A stretch of DNA of 64,000 nucleotides, from contig OZ316896.1 of NCBI GenBank assembly GCA_973895155.1, positions 2,108,001 to 2,172,000 of the forward strand. The letters run 5' to 3'. A program made the translations under genes and the position numbers. Position 1 is the first letter of the stretch. Every line of letters starts with the position of its first letter. Shown piece by piece: positions 1 through 11,760 of this stretch. The notes under the pieces were generated by a model, which was not told the DNA's origin, did no database searches, and was given only the letters and a program-made list of their open reading frames with translations. Origin of the DNA: Marsupella aquatica (Eukaryota > Plantae > Marchantiophyta).

Positions 1-369
1 CTTTTTGGGTGACTTTGGACCTATGCCCTGTCCTCATGGCTCATGACCCCCTCATGACCTTACAAAGTGTTGGCCCCACTTTTAAAACCCTGCCCACTTG
101 TCCATTTTCTAACAAACAACTTTATGGCTTCTAAAGGATTGTTGATTTCTTTTCAGAAAAGTGATGGGTCTCTCATGTACATAACAACTTTAGGTATTGA
201 CACCTGACTCATTCCAGCCCATAAACTTTGGGATTGAATGCAATGTCCTGAGTGGCTTTATTTCCACTGGTGTGGTCATTGGACAAGTGAACAAGAGGTG
301 TAGCTAGGCACACAATGTCAAGGGCTCTTAGGTCTAGAGCGGGGTCTAGAGGTACAACTATAACCAGGA

Positions 370-680
370 TTGTAACTGTAGTTAGAGATAACCTTAGTCC
401 CGACCTTAGTTGCAAACTTTGTTAGGTTATTAGTCATATTGCACACTATATTCCCAAGCAATGTTTGCTGGATAGAGCGAACTCATGCTCATTGATATGA
501 AGCCAGTTGAGAGTTAAGGAGAATTTGTATTGTGGAGATTTGGTATTTCTGACGGGCCAAGAGTGTAGTAAAGCTCTTGTGTCTACCCGTGGACGTAGCA
601 TCATGCATTTGAGGTGAATCACATAATTCTATGTCAATTGCTTGTGCGTTGGATGATCATTGGCTTGTCATTGTGAATGT
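370..680 (+). mobile_element. Degenerate copia-type LTR fragment (boundaries approximate)
   Basis: Contains CCCGTGGACGTAG...GTGAATCAC.TAA (586-627), resembling the GTGGACGTAG...GAACCACGTAAA motif common in plant copia LTRs. No partner LTR or internal region seen. Confidence 0.4.
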
Positions 681-1148
681 AAGCTTTGCTCAACACCCAC
701 AATCTATTTAGCAACATCACTAAAGTAAGGATCACCATAAAAACTTGGGGTGGTGGGGTGGCCCTGCCTGTCATAAGCCAATACACAAATAGGTCACCTG
801 TTTTTGTTGCAATGGCCAACCCTGTCTTTACTTGAGAGTTTGGTGCAATCAATCAACACCCACATTCGAATCCTTCATACTTTTTTTGAGAAAAATGACC
901 AACAAGTTAATCAAGTTCTTAAATCTTATTTCCAAACTAAAAGCTATGTACCTCAATGGTACGCAACAAGATCTACAAATCACCTGAAAAATCATTTTCA
1001 ACCATATAACGTACCACATAAAAATTTATTCAAATGCTATGATATGTCCAGATGGATAGTCAAGCCCGCTTTACCACTAAGAGTGATATAAGTTGTCTTC
1101 CCTCTACAACCAGTCCATATGGAAACATATTCTTGTACGAATGAGCTC

Positions 1149-1405
1149 GGGGGCCTCAATCCAAGGGGTGTCCCATATCACGCTCAAAGTTTTGGGGGAA
1201 TAAACACCCTAAAAGTTAAGTCAATAAAGTTTTTTTTAGAAATTGTTTTACCCCTAACTTAATGAAATATTCCAAGAATATTCCCATATTTGATTTAAAA
1301 AACCCTATGATTCTTATAATTATCAAAATTGGATTAAAATAACCCTAATGTTCTTCAACAAAAATTTAAAATTATTTCACTAAACCCAATAAAAAACCCT
1401 ATGCT
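1149..1405 (+). repeat. Dispersed repeat family A, copy 1 (non-autonomous TE-like)
   Basis: Aligns by eye with 4370-4615 (+) and 21140-21337 (-), sharing TCCCATATCA, AAACAC.CTAAAA, TTCTTATAATT.TCAAAATTGGATTAAAATA.CCC. Confidence 0.6.
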
Positions 1406-1616
1406 TATTCACGTGTGATGGGTCGGAAGAAAAGAAGTGAGGACCCCGGGCACATGAGAACATTAGGCCTCTTTGCCACAACCTATTCTTATACCCATGA
1501 GAACATTAATATTTAGGCCCTTTTGCTGCAACCTATCATTCACACTAATTCATATTTTTTAGAAAAGCACTTATGGCTCAACCAATAAATGCATTGCATT
1601 ATAGATGTGCTCTCGA

Positions 1617-1919
1617 GGGGTACCAGGTGCGATCATAGCCCAATATAAATAGACCTATTTATAAAAAAAATATTCCAAGAATATTATATATTTTTAATAT
1701 TAGTGACCTATCCATTCATTAAAAAGGTATATGAAAGAATATTCTACAAATTTAAATTTACAATATCCTGTTTTAAAACATTTAGCTAATCCACGAGCAA
1801 ATTTAAATTTACAATATCCTGTTTTAAAACATTTAGCTAATCCCCGAGCTAATCTTTATCAAAATACCTATTTTAGATCACACGTAGTTCCTAAGATTTT
1901 CAATATATGGTCAATCCCC
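1617..1919 (+). repeat. Dispersed repeat family B, copy 1, with internal 51-bp tandem duplication
   Basis: Starts GGGGTACCA..TGC.ATCATAGCC like 2114-2376. AAATTTAAATTTACAATATCCTGTTTTAAAACATTTAGCTAATCC is duplicated within 1748-1851. Confidence 0.55.
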
Positions 1920-2113
1920 AAGGATGTCCTTATGACTATTTACTCAATCAATGAATGATGCACCTCTAAGTAAGCACCTTTGCCTTGTTTAATGTGGTGA
2001 ATCGCTCTTCTGCCTGATCAGCCTCTTGAAATGGAGGTACTATTTGTTTGGTTGAGGGCTAGTAGTCTTTGGTGGTAGTCAGTCATTTGCTTGATTAACT
2101 TAGTGGATATTTT

Positions 2114-2376
2114 GGGGTACCACTTGCAATCATAGCCTAATTTAGATAAACATATTTTCTAAAGAAAAGTGTTTGACAATTGTATTTGTTAAAAATATTA
2201 TTAATTATTTTATTTTATAAAAAGTATATATTAGAGAATATTCTATAATTGTGAGTTTATAATACCTTGATCTTTTGCCTCCTATGGCTTTTTAAAGATT
2301 TAGCTAATTTTTTTAATCAAAAATAGTTACATATTTGTATTGCATGTGGTTCCTACAATCTTGACAGTTGACCCCC
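2114..2376 (+). repeat. Dispersed repeat family B, copy 2
   Basis: Homologous to 1617-1919 at the start (GGGGTACCAC), middle (GAATATTCTA, TTTAGCTAAT) and end (GTGGTTCCTA...CCCC). Confidence 0.5.
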
Positions 2377-3150
2377 GAGGTTGCTCGCACTACATCGAAC
2401 ATTCATCAACAAAATGTGCAAATGTTCATGATTACAGGTTGGTTGAATACTTCAATGGAATAGTGACCATCAAATAGAATCAAAGAGGTGGGTCTTTACA
2501 ATATCAAATTCTGACTTCTAATACTTTTCTAACACCAATTTCAACATTTTCACCATCTTGCAAAATATCATTCATGTGCCGATTATTACGGACCCCACTA
2601 GAGGCCCCTTCCAAAATTTAAGACTCCACAACGTGCCACATCATAGAGATGCGCTGTAAACAGGTACGGATTGGTTTACAAAATAAGATTTTTTCAACAT
2701 TCGTGTTTGTGACATGATTTTGGTAAAATTGAGGACGCCATGCCATAAACCTTGACGTAAAAATGTTTGAAAAATAACCATTTTATTTACCCTAGGTAAC
2801 AGATTGTTCTATTAGTAGGAGGCCCACCTTCTGTTTTTTTTACCTTGAGTAACCGCTGCCCACCCACATTCTGAATTGTGTTTCAATTGAATAATGACTA
2901 AATCTCTCTCGGCAAGTTGATCTGATGACAAAGAAATCGTGACAATTTTCTCAACCTTCTGCTGCCACGAAGGAAGACGTGGACATGATTCTATGTTGAT
3001 CACTCAACACTCCTTTCCATGGCATCATCATTGCAGTTCCTAACTCGGTGATGCCTCTCGCTACTGTTAGATTGTCCAACGCATGAGGCACAAGTGAATG
3101 AAAGAGAAGCAAGCTTACCAAGGTTCAGTAAGGGCCCCGTCTACGTGCAG

Positions 3151-3282
3151 ATGGTGTTGAAGAGCCTGGGCATGAAAAAAGGACATAGTTATAAGAAGTG
3201 TTAGCAGATGATCAAGGGAGTTGATGCGGACGGTAATGGGAAGGTGGACTTTCAGGAGTTCAAGGAGTTGATGTCGTTCTAA
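3151..3282 (+). pseudogene. Calmodulin-like (CML) C-terminal EF-hand fragment
   Basis: Translates MVLKSLGMKKGHSYKKC*QMIKGVDADGNGKVDFQEFKELMSF*. Canonical EF-hand loop DADGNGKVDFQEF, in-frame TAG at 3202-3204, no N-terminal half. Confidence 0.75.
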
Positions 3283-3774
3283 GCTTTCCATTAATAGGGG
3301 GTCCATGAACTAATTAATAAATGTGTTTTATGTCACAACAAGTTGGTAGCCTTATTATTAAGCGCAAAAATCACCCTAAATCAATAAAAAGGAGAATTAC
3401 TTACATTGCAATCAGCCAATTATCCATTTGTGCAAGAGTCTCCTGAGTGTGCATAGGTTTTTGGAAAGCCAAAGTATACCATGCAATCCTAGATTGTGAC
3501 CACATCTTGGAGCATATGGGTCTGGTAAACTTGAAGCATCAATATAGGAATTATAACCTGAAACACTCATCTATGTTCACATGCATTGAAAGTGGGAATA
3601 CAAATTAAATATCTCTAGAGGCCTTCTCTTGCACAAGAGAAGGTTGAACTTAGGATATTGGTGATACTCTTACCAACCTTTTATCCAATATCCTATGATA
3701 CTTTTTGCTTGAAAGTGGCATGTGGCACTTCAGTGCCATGACTTTCAAGATCTGCATTAGGGTCTTGAATAAAC

Positions 3775-4335
3775 TTAGATCAAATTGATGCATCTTACCA
3801 GGATGCACGCATCTATGGATTTCTTAGATTGATGGTATCGCCACCAAGGAAATCCCAAAGTGCACATTGCCAACATGTATGTGCAGAATTGCATAAGTAT
3901 GTCTTCTCTATTTAAAATTTGGGTGAAAACCCATACCATGAAACCTTTTAATGTCCTTAACAAACATCCATAGTGTGTTTCTACATTGCTATAAGAAAGC
4001 ACTAGGTGAAATATCAAATCAAAATTGGCATTGGGGTCACTGGCTCTACAAAAATTGTCTATAGAAGTACACAATACCTCCTCAATGTTAGCTGTGGATT
4101 CTTGAGAATCATCAATCATGTGACTCAATTCATCAGTTGCAGCTTGCTTCACTTCTAGTGGCATGCAGAACAAAGTTCTCCAATGTTCATTGAATAGGGA
4201 AAGTAAGTCCATCAGATCATTCAGCTGGAGTAGTGCCAATTTACATAATCTATTGGTACTCTTGTAAGAAGCCAGGCCTCCTTGGTATAAAAACCATTGT
4301 AGCAAATGGTATATAAACCCAAGATTTCCTAGCAT
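3775..4335 (-). pseudogene. Unidentified 186-codon ORF, probably a decayed TE or gene fragment
   Basis: Long open frame in AT-rich repeat context, adjacent to repeat family A copy 2. No motif recognised. Confidence 0.2.
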
Positions 4336-4369
4336 TGCGTTGTTTGTGCATAGAAATGCATTGATCTCA

Positions 4370-4615
4370 GGAGTCTCACTCCAAGGGAGGTCCTATATCA
4401 TGTGCGAAGCTTTTAAGTAATAAACACTCTAAAATATAAGAAAATAAATTAGATTTTTGTTATTTTGTAACCTATAACTTTATGGAATATTCCCACATTT
4501 TGTCTTAGAACAGCCCTTATAGTTCTTATAATTTTCAAAATTGGATTAAAATACCCCTATATTTCTTGAACAAAATTTTTAAAGTCTTCATCACAATTGA
4601 ATTAAAAAACCCTAA
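4370..4615 (+). repeat. Dispersed repeat family A, copy 2
   Basis: Homologous to 1149-1405. Confidence 0.6.
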
Positions 4616-5031
4616 AGTGTGTGAAACAGCCCTCCACTTTGCTTTGGTGAAGACACCTGACCTTGGAGCCATAAAAGGATTAAAAAAGTACTTTTAGCCC
4701 CGGGACACTGTATTTAGTGCGTGAAATGACCTTACACTTTGCTTTGGTGAAAACACCTTCCAGGTGCTCCCAACTTCTTGTAAAGTCATCCTAGGCTCGT
4801 GTGCCAAAGATTTTGAGAACTTCTAGACTGTTGCAAGAATGGTTACTTGACCATTCAGAGACACAGCAAAAACTAAGGCCAGATGGCCCTGACCAAAGAG
4901 TTTTGGCTGCTAGCAAAAGGGCTGTATCTTGTCGTTGGGATCTTGGTTCCTTTTTTCCGTGCTCAAAGACTGACCAAAGAATGAGCTAAGTGATACTTCT
5001 TGTCTCCCGGTTTGGCGTTTTTTGCCCTTGG

Positions 5032-5033
<2 letters not shown>

Positions 5034-5069
<36 letters not shown>
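5034..5069. repeat. (TA)n microsatellite
   Basis: About 18 TA units. Confidence 0.95.
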
Positions 5070-5070
<1 letters not shown>

Positions 5071-5962
5071 TCTGGCACGTCATCTCTTGTGACGCCGATC
5101 GTAAGTCTATATTCTTAAATTCTATAGATGTTGGAAGTCCCAACACTCTACTTCACGTCGTTCACTGAAATCGAATCATCACTGTATGATTAGTGTGGGG
5201 TCAGGGTGCTACTTCTAGGCAAATTTGAAAAAAAGACGAGTAGGGGAACATGTCATGGACGACATGTCTTTTTGCAATTTTCCGAGTTTCTTATCGGCCC
5301 CAAACTCCGTTTGCGACTTCACATGCCTTGATATCAAAGTGATATCATATTTGTAGAAACGAGCCTTGCCAGTGATGTGAATCGAGCACATCGCAGTTTA
5401 TGGGCAGACCAGTGTTGCAATTCCGAGAATCGTCCGCATTGTTAAAGCTTTCACATGTTATGATTGCCTCGCGCCCTTGTTTGCCAGATTGGATACGCGA
5501 TTGGACGAAGTTGGAATATGACCTGAAATGAAAACACCAGGACACACTTTAAAAAACATTCGTATCAATTGGAGATTCTTGAGAACTCCTTCTGTACATT
5601 GCGTCATTTCCTTTGGGAAGACGCTCAGACATCTCTAAGCTGAATCAAACAAAGAAATAACCCAGCATATGTCCATGGACATTAGTTGGGCTTTGATGGT
5701 ACCGCAGTAATTTAGTTGCCTGGTGTGTTCTTGTGCCAACATCTGCAGGCCTAGATCGATCCTAGAGTACACACGAGGTTTTTGCACGCTGAGGACTTTG
5801 TGTCCAAAGGTATTCCAATGCACAATCTAGTACATTTGGTGATTGTTCTCATTAGGGTGACAGTGGTGCTGCACGAGTCTGTGAGGGATCTCATTTTGCA
5901 ATTGTTCCTTCACCCTCTCGATTGTTTGTAGTAAAAGAATGTCAGCGAGTTACTGAGGTCGT

Positions 5963-7850
5963 TCAAGCAGTATTTGATGATGGCACATAGCCAGCGTGAT
6001 GGGGAGGGTTTCCAGATACTGGACTAGCCCCAGACGCCACTCTTTTGCCCCTCTCTGATCTCGAGTTTTGGGCGAATTTCAAGCTGGCATTGTGCAGTCC
6101 TTGTTCTTTCTCCTGGTCGCTCCACTCTGCGAGGTAATAATCTTCTTCGATTTTCGAGGACCTGGCGGGGAATAGCATGCCACCCCATTGTGGGAAGTAC
6201 ACAAGAAATAGTGGTAGAGTGCAACAAATGATCATGACTCCCATCAGCTTGATGCCTTCTTGTGTTGTATACGTGCTGCTGTAGAAGAAAGCCACCTGTG
6301 TGATGACAGAACCCACATTTCCTCCGGCTCCGGTGACTCCAGAGATGATACCCAATGCCCTTCGAGATATGAAAGGGACGATACCGAAAGTCGCCCCACA
6401 AGCTGCCTCAGCGAAGAACGAGAACAACAGCATGACGACTATCGAACTACCCAACTTCCCCATCAGCCCCAGAGTCAGACATAGCACTCCCCCTAGAGTC
6501 TCCAGGATCCACAGCGTCCACAACCGACCCCTCATTCCGAATCTTGCGGCCACCTTGTCGGAGAGGATACCCCCAAAAGGACGAGAGATGATATTCATCA
6601 GACCAAACGTGGCTCCGATGTATCCCGCAGTTGTGAGATTAACGCCGAACCGATCGTAGAAGTATTGGGAAATGACGTTGTCTACTGTGAGCTCCACCCC
6701 GAAGCAGTAGCCATATGTCAACGCCAGGATGTAGGTGCGGTAATTAGTCGCTGCGTACCAAAAGACCTGCAGTGAGAGAAAAATTATGGCCGTTAAATCG
6801 AGCAGTCGGTGCATAGAATCACAAGCAAGCACAGTAGCATCTTGCAATTGAGCGCACGGTGTAATCTCCTTTAATTTCAATTATTGGGTTCCTGGAATTG
6901 GCTGTCTGGAATTGGTTGTCCAACCCGGTATATCTGTGAACTGTAACTTGGTGCATCAGGTGGATAATAATAAAAAGAGCAACACAAACTAGGATTGAGG
7001 CAATTTAATGGCTCTTCTTCACCTTGCCAAAGCTGTCGCTGGTCTTGGATCCGGCCTTCTTGAGCTCTGAGAAATTGCCATCCGGCAGATCCTGGCCAAT
7101 TGTTAGAACGAGGAGTCCCATGATGACTTGCATCCAGCCCGGGACGTAGAACGCTATTCGCCATGCGGTGAAGCTTGTTGTCCCAATGTCGTTGTGAATG
7201 AGATTGTACAGCGAAGGCATGACCAGCTGAGTGATGCCTCCTCCCAAATTTCCCCAACCAGCGGCTGTTCCGTTTGCCAGGCCGACGATCTTGCTGTTGA
7301 ACATGGAGCTCATCCAATACTGGCATGACACGAAAGTAGCGAGAGCGAAACCGATGAAGAAGCGGACCAGGATAAAGCCATTGGCTGTCGCTACGAGCGG
7401 CATACAGAACACAGCTGGGGCTGTCAACATGATGAGCAGCGCGCAGCCGTAGCGGGGGCCCACGAGATCGCAAATGGTTCCCATGAGGAGACGGGAGATG
7501 ATGGATCCGGACACGGAAGCAATTCCCGCATTGGCGATATCCTTCTTGGTGAGATCCAAATTGTTTCGAATGATGGGTATCAGAGGGGGTGGAGCAAAAG
7601 TTGAGAAGAAACAAGTCATGAAGGAAATCCAAGAAAGATGGAAGGTCCTCATGTGAGGTGCTGCAACCGAGTACAGTTTGATGGTCGTGGCCTTGTGCTC
7701 GGAATCGACCGGCAGAGCGAATTTCCTGCCATGGATATCAGTTGGCTCCGATTCCTTTCCCGACACAGCATCCATGTTCGACATTGAGAACACTGGCTCG
7801 CGTCCAGTCACTCCATGCATGGACGACCCCGGCGCACCTTGACCATCCAT
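5963..7850 (-). CDS. NRT2: High-affinity nitrate transporter NRT2 (MFS nitrate/nitrite porter), 2 exons: 7023-7850 and 5963-6766, ~543 aa
   Basis: N-terminus [14 protein letters not shown] and [11 protein letters not shown]. Motifs [22 protein letters not shown] (NNP signature), [37 protein letters not shown] intron 6767-7022 keeps frame. Confidence 0.97.
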
Positions 7851-8467
7851 CTTCGTGCCTTTGGAGCTCGATCTCGTTCGAAGAAGTAAATTGGTGAGCG
7901 TAATAGCTCGACAGCAAATCAACAAACCATCCCAACTTTCAGACTCTTAATACTCTTAATACTGTCCTAGGGTTTTGCTGCGCATTACTTCTCCTCGGGA
8001 GGACTTCCAGAACGGTGTCTGAACAACCACTTTACGAGTAATAATTGATGAACTCGAGCGAGCCAATCAATAAGATACTGTCACAACGTGAAGAAGCGGT
8101 AGCTGATCTAGCGAAATCTTGAGGTCATGTGTCGTTACAAAAGGCATGTTTCGGTGTGACGGCTTCCAAGCATGTTGGAGGAGAATCTGAACACGCGCAA
8201 CATTGGATCTTGGGGTCCACTTTGGCCGATCTGGGTATGCCACCATCGACGATTTGCGATTGATTCCTTGACAAGAGATCTGATCGCTTACTTTTCGTCT
8301 CATACGGTGTACAGACGCCTACATATATTTCCTGCTGTACTGTATCATTCTACTAACTGATAATGGAAACAAAAGGCGACAACGTCACTGCTCCCTGAGG
8401 TAGTAGCTGCAGTTTCGGTTTCTTTCCGTATGCTTTTCGTAGAGCATCCCCATGAGTTTGGTGGCTA

Positions 8468-8632
8468 AGCTCCCCAACTCTAAAACCACACCTGTCCAGT
8501 AGCTACCATTAAAAGTAAATTTTCTCCTAAATTGTGAAACAAACGAGTTTGGTGAGGAAGCTCCCAAAACCTTAAACATCACCTGCCCAGTAGCTACCAT
8601 TACAATATTATTTTTTTCAAAATTGTGAAACA
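8468..8632. repeat. Imperfect ~90-bp tandem duplication in the NRT2-NAR2 intergenic region
   Basis: AGCTCCC...CACCTG.CCAGTAGCTACCATTA...AAATTGTGAAACA at 8468-8541 and 8559-8632. Confidence 0.75.
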
Positions 8633-11062
8633 GACTGGGAATAGAGTTTTTTGTAAAGTGCCAGAAGGCGGGTGAGTTGTCTGTCATTTTGACCTTCGTT
8701 CAGGGTGGTGAGTTAAGGTCCCAACCCAATATGAATTGCTGTGTGTCCAATTAAGTGGTGAAATTGCGTGACTCATGCTTCTAAAAGTGACTTTACCCTA
8801 AGTCACCCAGAGTTCTAGTGTTCTACTTTGTGAGCTCTCATCTTGGTCACTTCCCCCTTATATATGGCCAGTGGTGGCTGAATTCCCTTAGTGATTTTCC
8901 TCTCAGTATGTTTCGGAGCAGTCTGGGAGAAGAATGCTAAGTCAAGATTTCTATCACTTGGTTGGGAATATTCTATCACTTGGTTGGGAATATTCTCCTC
9001 TAGTTTCACTAAAATTAGTAAAAATAAATTTTTTTAGGCCCTTAAGTACATTAAGGTCCTGTTTCCCAAGCATTATGGGCAATTAATAGCCGCTCAAGAC
9101 TTGAGACGAAGCTCTTATTGTTTGAAGAATTATATCACACAATGTCCTCAAAAGAGAAGTCAACACGGTGATAATTGCACATAAAGAAGCAAGAGCTAGC
9201 ATATCAAGATGTACTCTGTCATAAGGCAAGTGCACACCTATTCAACAGGGTTTCCATACGAACATAAACATGATTGTTCTTTTATATCAGTGAGATTTCC
9301 TTCTATGCATCTAATTATTGGTGCCTTCATTGGCATTGACATGGCCATGTTGCTCCCCGTAGTATACAACATCACCAGAAGTTCCCAACTTGACTGCCAT
9401 TCCCATAATTATGCATTCTACCTCACATGTACTATACAATCGGACCAGAATGTGTGTTTTCTACCCTCGATGAGAATCGAGCACTGTGTAGGCGCCTAGC
9501 TTGAACTACCTTTCATGCTAAAATTGACAGTTGATAGTATGGATTTGGAACTGACCACTACTTAACTAGAGATACAGGTTACATGTGGGGAGGACAATTG
9601 CCATGTTCTATCTCCATCTGGTTCATTTGGCAAATTAATGCAGGAGAATTGCACCCACTGAGATGCTGTAAGAGCTCAGACCAAAGTCGCCAAGCTCGAG
9701 GCTTTGTAATTTAATCATTCGAGCAATTTTAATTTTGAACCATCCTGAGTTCCAGTTGAGGCCAAGGTGATTGGGCAAGGTGCCAGACTGACGCTTTGTG
9801 ATTTGATAGGCTTTGTGATTTGATTTTTATAGCAATTTTAATATCGTTACTTACTTTCCAGTTTTGGTGATCAGATCATATCCAGTTTGGAAAATAATAA
9901 TAAATTAGTATGTGGGTCCCTAGTGCCCAACCTTAAGAGACAGGATCCAACAGGCTGCACCCACTCAAGGGGAGGGGCTACCAAGGAAAAAACATAGGAA
10001 ATTAGTAAGTGGGTCCCTTGTGTTCAACAATATTTATGTAAGCAGACCAACCCCTGGAGAGTCGAATACGACCAACAGCAAACACGCAAGGTCGAAGACC
10101 CTGAGTGACACATATCACATCAGCAAGACTACCATGTTGACCGGTTGATGAGTGTGTTTTGATTAGGTAAGGGACATACGAGCTAATGATAAATAATAAA
10201 GGAAGGGGCTGGGGCACCTCCTGGTGCGGGTCCACTAGGGCTCACCCTCAAAATGGGTTCCCTACCATTAATGTATGTCACTATGGGGTGGCGAGAGATT
10301 ACTAACTGCATTTCAATTCAAGACAAAAAGAAACTTAGGGGCTGCCTTCTCAAGTGAAGTACTTACTCAAATAAGATTTATATATATATAAGAGCTCTGA
10401 CTAATTTATTGTATGTTAGTTTGTTGTATTTGATAAACTGTGTCACAAACAGTAAAATGATGCTCTGATTAGAATCACAAAGAAGACAAAGTCTTCGTTT
10501 CCTAACCAAATTTATTTTAGTGTCTTCTGCTCCTCTTGGAAGGTGTTGTCTATGGGATATCAGGCGCTTCGTCAAAGTTTAGAGCCTGAGAATCAGGCTA
10601 ATAATGTTCCATACATGTGCAGTTGTCTTGTGCTGTCGATTATTAGGGGATCTCAAATATAACCAGTAACGAGTCTCACACCAGTCCGGGTTTATGTTCG
10701 AAGGAACACGACAGTGTGGCACTCATAGAGTCTAGCCCACACACTTGTGTAGCAGGATTTTACTGTTCCTGCTTGAATTGTCACTTGCCTGATTTATAGT
10801 TGGGAGGAAATAAACACGGATTGGCTGAGTCTCATTTGACCATTAGAATAAGCTAAAGAAAAAGGTCGTTACTCAAGACAGAGTAACAAAACTCAATAAT
10901 CCTTCTCACTAAAGGCTTACCTTGTGAGAGCACTTTATCAATACTTAAACACACTCACTGTGCAAAGCTGTCGCTGGGTATGGCAGATTATTACCCATTG
11001 CCAAGCTTAGAAAAAGCCGCCCAAAAAGGCTCCCCGCTAACGAAGGTCTCTCAAGAAAATAT

Positions 11063-11089
11063 AATCACTTTTTGTTAATTAAGGGCTGA
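11063..11089. promoter_or_regulatory. Candidate nitrate-responsive element (NRE, NLP/NIN-binding type)
   Basis: Minus strand reads CAGCCCTT-N10-AAGTGATT versus NRE consensus tGACcCTT-N10-AAGagtcc, with exact CTT-N10-AAG spacing. It lies ~670 bp upstream of the NAR2 ATG in the shared promoter. Confidence 0.4.
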
Positions 11090-11371
11090 CGTTTGTGTGA
11101 TGCAACGAGAAAAACCGTGAGCACAGCTGAAAAGAGAGCAAATCAATCTGTCGATTGGAGCTCCGTCGACGCAGAGAGATCTGACGTGCTCGAAGCCCTT
11201 CCCAAATCCCCTCATCGCTTCACGGGCCATCTTGGGTCAGCTGCTTTCTGTATGCGGCGCACCATTGAATTGACGACCACGTCCAGGGAGCCAGGGAGGT
11301 CCATGAGTCGGCGGTGGTGAGCCGGAGCGGTAGGATCTGCCTGTTGACTCCTATTGGAATGCAGATCTGAG

Positions 11372-11638
11372 ATGACAACCATAAAGATTGAATGATTATA
11401 AATTATCAACCTCTGTGAACCGTGGCACGCTTGGTCCACTGTTGGATGATCCTTTCGGAGCATTTCAGTTCCTGATTAGATCGCATTTGGAAACTTCCCT
11501 CCCCGAGATGACTACCATAAAGGTACAGTAGTATGATTATGGATTATCAACCTCTTGTGACCGTGGCAAACTTGGTTCACTATTGGATGATCACTTCCGG
11601 AGCATTTCAGTTCCTTATTGGATCGCATTTGGAAATTT
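11372..11638. repeat. Imperfect ~135-bp tandem duplication upstream of NAR2
   Basis: GATGAC.ACCATAAAG...ATTATCAACCTCT...CCGTGGCA...TTGGATGATC...CGGAGCATTTCAGTTCCT.ATT.GATCGCATTTGGAAA at ~11372-11497 and ~11507-11638. Confidence 0.85.
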
Positions 11639-11760
11639 GGGAGTAGTCTTTCTGATTCGCTCAAATCCAATGTTTGTCTGGAGAGTTCGAAGCTCTTTCT
11701 GCAGGTCTGCAGATGCCAATGCTTTTAATTGGAGGCTTAAGAGTGCGAGGCACGTTGAAG

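Noticed and set aside
6024-7656. Several alternative-frame and antisense ORFs over NRT2 (likewise over NAR2, GT92, LTO1, GT47)
   Set aside because: Shadow ORFs of real coding sequence.
11674-11760. N-terminal extension of the NAR2 ORF in the ORF track
   Set aside because: It begins at a non-ATG codon. ATG 11761 directly precedes the signal peptide.
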